Below, piece after piece: positions 57,110 through 64,000 of a stretch of DNA of 64,000 nucleotides (position 1 is the first letter of the stretch; each line of letters begins with the position of its first letter). This DNA is from Mobula hypostoma (Eukaryota): the NCBI RefSeq assembly GCF_963921235.1, contig NC_086098.1, positions 6,014,001 to 6,078,000 of the forward strand, written 5' to 3'. The notes beneath the pieces are model-generated. The model was not told the DNA's origin. It searched no databases and worked only from the letters and a program-made list of their open reading frames with translations. Position numbers and translations under genes: made by a program.

Positions 57110-60100
57110 AATGGAGTACCTGGTAAGCCTCTAAAAACCTGTGCCAACCAACTGGCAGAAGGTATTCAAAGATATTTTCAATCTCTCATGGTCAGGAGTT
57201 CCCACCTGCTTCAAAAGGGCAACAATTATACCAATGCTCAAGGAGAGCTGTGTGAGCTGCCTTAATGACTATCGCCCAGTAGCACTCACAGCTATGTAGA
57301 TGAAATGCTTTGAGAGGTTGGTCATGGCTAGAATCAACACCTGTCTCAGGAAGCACCTGAACCTATTGCAGTTTGCCTATCACCACAATAGGTCTACAGC
57401 TGATGCGACCCCAATGATCCTTCAAACCGCCTTAGATCACCTGGACAATACAAATACCTGTCAGGATGCTGTTTATTGACTCTGGCTCAGCACTTAACTT
57501 CATAATTTCTACAGTCTTGATCGAAAAGCTACAGAACCCAGGCTTGTGCAATTGCTGATGATACAACAATTGATGGCAGAATCTCAGGTGGTGACAAAAG
57601 GGTGTACAGGAGTGAGATATACCAGCTAACTGAGTGATGTTGCAGCAACAACTTTGTTCTCAACATCAGTAAAACCAAAGAGCTGATCATCGACTTCAGA
57701 AAGGGTAAGATGAGGGAAAATAACCCAATCCTCAAAGGGGGATCAGAAGTGAAGAGAGTGAGCAAATTCAAGTTCCTAGGTATCAATATCTCTGAAGACC
57801 TAACCTGGACGCAACATACTGATGCAGCTATAAAAAAAAAAGCAAGGCAGTGGCTATATTTCATTAGGAGTGTGAAGAGATTTGGTTTGTGAACCACAAC
57901 ATGTGAAAACTTCTATAAATGTACTGTGGAGAGCATTCTGACTGGCTGCAACATCATCTGGTATGGGGGGAAGGAATGGGTAAAGACCGAAGTAGGTTGC
58001 AGAAACTTGTAAAACTAGTTAGCTCCATCATGGGTACTATTCTCTGCAGTATCCAAGACACCTTCAAGGATCGGTGCCTTAGGAAGGCAATGTCCAGCAT
58101 TTCGGACCTCCACAGCACAGGACATGTCTTCTTGTCAATGATAACCATCGGGAGGAAGGTACAGGAGCCTGAAGGCACGCACCCAATGATTCAGGAACAG
58201 GTTCTTCCTCTCTGCCATCAGGTTTCTAAGTGAATACTACCTCACTACTTTTTTTCTGTTTTCTTGTACTAATTTTAACTTCTGTTTTCTTGCACTAATT
58301 TTAACTTAACTATTTCATAGACATATACAGTATATACTTACTGTAATTAAGTTTTTTTTCTATATTATATACATATATATCATTGTATTGCTACTGTAAA
58401 GATCATGACTTCAAACCCAATGCGGAAGAAAGTGATGGTGCATGGAACGTGAGAACTCTGCGAGATAACAAGGCAGACAGACCAGAGAGAACTGCACTGG
58501 TTGTAAAAGAGCTAGCTCGCTACAACGTGGACATAGCAGCTTTCAGTGAAACACGCCTAGCAGACAAGGGCCTGCTGACAGAACATAGTGGTGGGTATAC
58601 GTTCTTCTGGAGCGGTCGCAGCAGCGCTGAACGACGAGAAGCAGGAGTGGGATTTGCCATCAATTCTAACCTCGCCCGTAAACTCACCAAGCACCCAGAG
58701 AGCATCAACGACTGCCTGATGACTCTTCAGCTCCCACTTGCAAACAAGAAGAGTGCTACGCTGATTAGTGCCTACGCTCCCACCATGACCAACCCAGATG
58801 ACATTAAAGACAAGTTCTATGAAGAACTCAACGCCCTCATCTCAGCAATCCCACAGTCAGAGAAGCTCATCGTTCTCGAGGACTTCAATGCCACAGTAGG
58901 GACAGACTACCAAACCTGGGAAGGGATCATTGGAAGACACGGCACTGGCAAGTGTAACAACAACGGCCTTCTGCTCCTCAAGACATGTGCCACACACGAC
59001 CTTGTCATCACCAACACCCTGTTCCACCTACCCACCCGTAAGAAGACGTTATGGATGCACCCACGCTCGAAGCACTGGCATCTGATTGACTACATCATCA
59101 CCAGGAAGAGGGACAGGATGGATGTCAGAGTGACGAGAGCCATGTGTGGTGCCAACTGCTGGACCGATCACCGCCTCATTGTGTCCAAGTTCAGGCTTCG
59201 CATTCTGCCCATGAGAAGACCCCAAGGGCAGAAGACTGCAAAGAGGTTGAATGTCTCCAAGCTGAAAAGCAGCAGGGCTGCAGAAGAATTCGTCGATGAC
59301 CTTGAAGGCAGACTGCCAGACACACCACAGGGAGACGGGACCACCGTTGAGGAACAGTGGACGGCCTTCAGAGACGCTGTCTACACTACCACCCTCGAAC
59401 ATCTCGGACCAGCAACCTGAAGAAACCAAGACTGGTTTGATGAGAATGATGAAGAAATACAGGCACTACTAACGGAGAAACATCAACATTACACAGCGCA
59501 TCAGAACGACCCCACGTCGCTAGCCAAGAAAGATGCCTTTACCAACGCAAGAAGAAAGGTGCAGAAAAAACTTCGTGAGATGCAGGTCAGCTGGTTCAGC
59601 AAGAAGGCCGATGAAATCCAGGGCTATGCAGACAGCCACGACATAAAGCGCTTCTACGATGCGCTTAAGGCTGTATACGGACCCCAGTCCTCCGGCTCCT
59701 CACCCCTCCTCAACGCAGATGAGACGCAGCTGCTGACAGAGAAGAAGCAGATTCTGGATCGGTGGGCTGAGCACTTTAACAACGTCCTTAACCGCCCTGC
59801 CGACATCACCGACGAGGCCATTGCCCGCCTGCCCCAGGTAGAGATCAACAAGAACCTCGACACCCTCCCCACAGTAGATGAAGTCAGGAAGGCAGTAAAG
59901 CAACTCTCCTGTGGCAAAGCGCCAGGACCCGATGCAATCCCTCCTGAGGTATACAAAGCAGGAGGCCCTGTCATGATGTAAAAGCTGACTGTACTCTTCC
60001 AGTCCATGTGGAAAAAGGGACAGGTCCCACAACAGCTGAAAGATGCCAGCATAGTCCACATCTACAAGAGGAAAGGCAACCGCCAGTCTTGCGACAACCA

Positions 60101-61730
60101 CCGAGGCATCTCCCTCTTGTCCATTGCGGGGAAGATTCTGGCCCGTGTCCTGCTCAACCGCCTTCTCCAACACCTTGAGCAAGGTCTGCTCCCAGAAAGC
60201 CAGTGCGGCTTCCATGCTGAACGTGGGACCGCGAACATGATTTTTGCTGCGTGCCGACTCCAGGAAAAATGCCAGGAGCAACACAGCGACCTCTTCGTGA
60301 CCTTTGTCGATCTAACCAAGGCTTTCGATACGGTCTGCAGAGAAGGCTTGTGGAAGATCATGGAGAAGTTTCGCTGCCCCAGCAAGTTCATCACAATCGT
60401 CCGGCAGTTCCACGACAGTATGATGGTGAAAGTTCTGGATGACGTGACGAGTCGGAGGCCTTCCCAGTGACAAATGGCGTCAAACAAGGCTGCGTTCTTG
60501 CCCCAACTCTGTTCAGTATGGTATTCTCTGCCATGCTGACAGATGCCTTCCGTAACTACGAAGAAGGAATCCACGTCAGGTACAGGACTGACGGCAGGTT
60601 GTTCAACCTTAGGTCCCTGCAGGCAGTTACAAAGGTGCGAGAGACTGTCATCAGAGACTTCTTGTTTGCTGACGACTGTGCACTCAACGCCAGCACAGAG
60701 CAGGAGATGCAGCGTGAAATGGACTGCTTCTCACAAGCCTGTGACAACTTCGGTCTCACTATCAGCACCAAAAAGACCGAAGTTATGTACCAGCCTGCCC
60801 CAGGAAAGCCATACCAGGAGCCGCGCATCACGGTGAAGGGCCAGAACCTCCAGGCAGTCAACAACTTCACCTACCTGGGCAGCATACTCTCTCACGCAAT
60901 GAATATAGACGCTGAGGTCAACAACAGGATTGCCAAAGCCAGCGCCGCCTTTGGGAGACTCCGTGAGAATGTCTGGGAGCGGAGAGGACACAGCCTTACC
61001 ACCAAGCTGAAGGTCTACTGTGCAGTGGTCCTTACCACCCTCCTTTACGCCAGCGAGACCTGGACTGTCTACAGCGGACACGCCAACCAGCTCAACCACT
61101 TTCACCTGAGCTGTCTCCGCAGACTCCTCCACATCAGGTGGCAGGACAAAGTCCCCGACACGGAAATCCTGGAACGAGCTGGGCTCTGCAGCGTCTACAC
61201 CCTCCTGCTGGAAGCCCAGGCCAGGTGGGCTGGACATGTGGTCAGAATGCCAGACAGCCGATTGCCTAAGCAGCTGCTGTACGGAGAACTGTGTCAGGGC
61301 AAGCGCTCAGTCGGGGGACAGAAGAAACGTTACAAAGACTGCCTCAAAGTGTCCCTCAAAGGCCCGGGTGTCGACATCAACACGTGGGAGACGCTTGCCC
61401 TCGACCGTCCAGCTTGGCGCAGCAAGATCACCACAGGAGCCCGTGCAGCTGAAGTCAGGCGCATCATCGAGGCGCAACGAAAGCGTGCTGTGCGCAAGGC
61501 CCGAGCAGCATCCACTGCCACGACAGCACCCACCCACTTGTGTCCCACATGTGGGCGAGCCTTCAGGGTCTGGATTGGCCTCATCAGTCACCTCCGGACC
61601 CACAGCCACCAATCTCCCATTTGACTTTGAAGCCATGGTCATCTTCGACTACGAAGGACGAACAACAACAACTGTAAAGATAAAACATTTCATGAAATAT
61701 GCCGGTGATATTAAACCCGATTCTGATTCC
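57110..61730 (+). mobile_element. Rex1/Babar-like LINE (RT + 3' UTR), 3' UTR interrupted by the RTE
   Basis: [41 protein letters not shown] resumes at 61671 and ends ATTAAACCCGATTCTGATTC. Confidence 0.8.
58404..61670 (+). mobile_element. Nearly complete RTE-clade LINE (EN + RT + C-terminal zinc finger), two stops and one frameshift, 11-bp TSD
   Basis: GAWNVRTL, FSETR, YAPT, DFNA, IDYI, TDH; KAPGPD, HRGISLL, DLTKAFD, GVKQG, FADD; CPTCGRAF..GLISHLRTH; (AAC)n tail; TSD ACTGTAAAGAT at 58393-58403 and 61671-61681. Confidence 0.95.
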
Positions 61731-63267
61731 AATTCATTGCTACCGTGAGGAAGGAGGTACAAGAATCTGCAGACACACACTTAACATTTTAGGAACTGCT
61801 TCTTCCCCTCTGCCATCCGATTTCCAACATCAACCCTGGTAGTGGATTCCAAAAACCCATCACCCTCTGTGTAAAAATAACTTTTGTTTGAACTTTTCCC
61901 CTTTACCTTAATTACATGCACTCTAGTATTGGACATATTGAGAGTGGAGAGAAGATCCTGTTTGTCTAGGTTATCCATGGTCCTCATCATAAACCTCTTT
62001 CAGATTTCCCTTTGGCCTCTGACATGCCAGAGAAAACCACCCATTCCACCTAGCATCTCCCTATAGCCCATCTATCTTCCACTTGCACCCCTTAGTCCAG
62101 GCAACGTCCCAGCAAGACTCCTCCGCACCTTCTCCAAAGTTTCCACATCCTTCCTGTAATGAGGTGACTGTGGGCTGCTTCACCAATTCAAAGAGTTCAG
62201 TGTTCGAAGAGTTCCAAGTACATTTGTTATCAAAGTATGCATGCAGTATTTACCTGAAATTCGTCTTCCCCACAGACGGCCATGAAACAAAGAAAACCGT
62301 TCAAAGAAAAACATCAAACCACCTCCATCTGTGCAAAAAAAAACAACAAATGGCAACAAAAAAAGAGTGAAAAACGCAGAATATAAAGTCACAAAATCAG
62401 AAGAGTTCAGGCATATTCAGTTCACCTCAATTGATTTTCTGCAGGCCGCCCCGATCAATATCGCCCAAAATAGTGAGAAAAGGAGAGACATTGAAAGCAG
62501 AAACACATCATATTGTGAACTACCGAGTCCAATCCACAAACCTCATTAATTAAAATTTGCCCAAGACACAGGACTCCAACACCATCCTGCAACAGCGTCG
62601 AGGGAGACAGGCCATTTGAACATAAACATCTTCATTTAGAAAAAGTGAGTGAGGACTGAGAGACCGGCCATCACATACAGACACCTTCCTCCGATGGCAT
62701 TGAGCCAGAGGCTGGTAGTTGGCATTGAACCCTCCTTACCTTCTGCACTCACCTCGATGATTTCAATGCACTTTTAGTTCACTTTCCGTGAGATTTATGC
62801 AGCACTATCAAACATTAGGAGACCGACCCTCTCCCTTGTTACCAACTTGCTCTAAGTATACTTGTGGAATCTTTTACAATTCTCCTCTACTTCCTCTGCC
62901 AGGAATATTTCCTAGCTCCTCTTAACACTTCTAATTTGCTTCTTACGTGTATTCCTAACACTGAGGAAAAGATGGGCAGCTTAGACGTGAATCTGCTGGA
63001 CTCTAGCAAAGCTGAAGTCAGATTGTAGGGTAATGTAATTGGTGGAAATCTACATCATTCGTAACTAGCAACGTTGAGTTGGGGTTTCACTTCAGGAGGC
63101 CAGTCTGACATGATGATGTAATTAGGTAAAACGATATTTTTAGCATGCTTTTGTGTTCAGGTTTTGGAGATCAATAAAATGTGTTACAGTTTTTCTTAAA
63201 TATATAATGCTTCACTTCATTTTTCTACGAATATCTACAAAATTTAATTTAATTTTGAAGTACATAC

Positions 63268-63435
63268 ATACACATAGTGGCACTTTATTAGGTACACCCG
63301 TACACCAGCTCATTAATGTAAATATCTAATCAGCCAATCATGTGACAGCAACTCAGTGCACAACGTGGTCAAGAGGTTCAGTTGTTGTTCAGATAAAATA
63401 TTAGAATAGGGAATAAATGTCATCTCAGTGACTCT
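63268..63435 (+). mobile_element. Tc1-like terminal remnant (related piece at ~54630-54790)
   Basis: CACATAGTGGCACTTTATTAGGTACAC versus CACTCAGTACCCACTTATTAGG. Confidence 0.5.
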
Positions 63436-63767
63436 TAGATGAAAGAAAAATGGAGGTCTATGTCTGAGGACGATTGATTTTCGAGTGTTAAGTTTTTAAT
63501 TTTTATTCAGAGATACAGCATGGTAACAGGTCTTTCCAATGCAACGAGCCCATGCTTCCAATTACTGCAACACACACAAAATGCTGGAGGAACTCAACAC
63601 GGCAGACAGCGTCTATGGAAGTGAATGGATGGTTAAGGTTTCAGAGTGAGACACCCCCCACCCCGCCCCTTCCGGAGTGAGAAGGAAACTGGTGCACCCG
63701 AAGGAAACACACATGGTGACAGGGAGGACGTACAAACGTGATTAAAATTGTGATGAAGCTGAACATG

Positions 63768-63965
63768 GGTGTCACGGTAGCGTGGTGTTTAACACACCAC
63801 TATTGCAGCCCAGGTGTTCCCGAGTTCGGAGCTCAATTCCGGCCCATCTGTAGAAAGTTCTTATGCTCTCCTCGTGACCTTGTGGGATTTCTCTAGGTGC
63901 TCTGGTTTCCGCCCACCGTCGAAAGATGTACTGGCAATTTGTCATTATAGATTGGGCCAGAGCTA
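63768..63965 (+). mobile_element. V-SINE-like tRNA-derived SINE
   Basis: GGTAGCGTGGTG head, CTCAATTCC B-box-like, GGTGCTCTGGTTTCCGCCCAC V-domain-like. Confidence 0.55.
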
Positions 63966-64000
63966 AGTAAAACCATAAGCCAGAGGAACAGAATTAGGCC

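Noticed and set aside
59049..61642. Overlapping minus-strand ORFs on the RTE
   Set aside because: Shadow frames of GC-rich RTE coding sequence with no recognisable domains

Overview
Eukaryotic (vertebrate) non-coding DNA made almost entirely of nested transposable elements. I found no host protein-coding gene, rRNA, true tRNA or CRISPR array. The repeat mix (many CR1 LINE subfamilies, Rex1/Babar-like LINEs, RTE LINEs, Penelope-like tails, V-SINE/tRNA-SINEs, a decayed Gypsy element, Tc1-like ends) suggests a cartilaginous fish such as a ray; this is inference only. Long ORFs are all retroelement ORF2/pol remnants. The best preserved are a stop-free CR1 EN+RT ORF (10289-13096), its near-identical inverted sister (18552-20801) and an almost complete RTE (58404-61670). 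The most interesting signals are RNA structures in small non-autonomous retroelements: (i) a ~570-bp insert at 41111-41688 with a complete HDV-like ribozyme fold at its 5' end and an RTE-type tail; (ii) a TSD-flanked, internally deleted RTE derivative (4897-5546) with two tandem copies of a covarying loop-loop motif; (iii) Penelope-type minimal hammerheads, including a TSD-flanked fold-back pair. There are also insertion-associated rearrangements (an inversion/deletion in the Gypsy element and a 160-bp local copy at a LINE 5' junction) and a 42-bp minisatellite derived from LINE coding sequence. All family names come from motif recognition by eye, not database searches, and boundaries of old elements are approximate.
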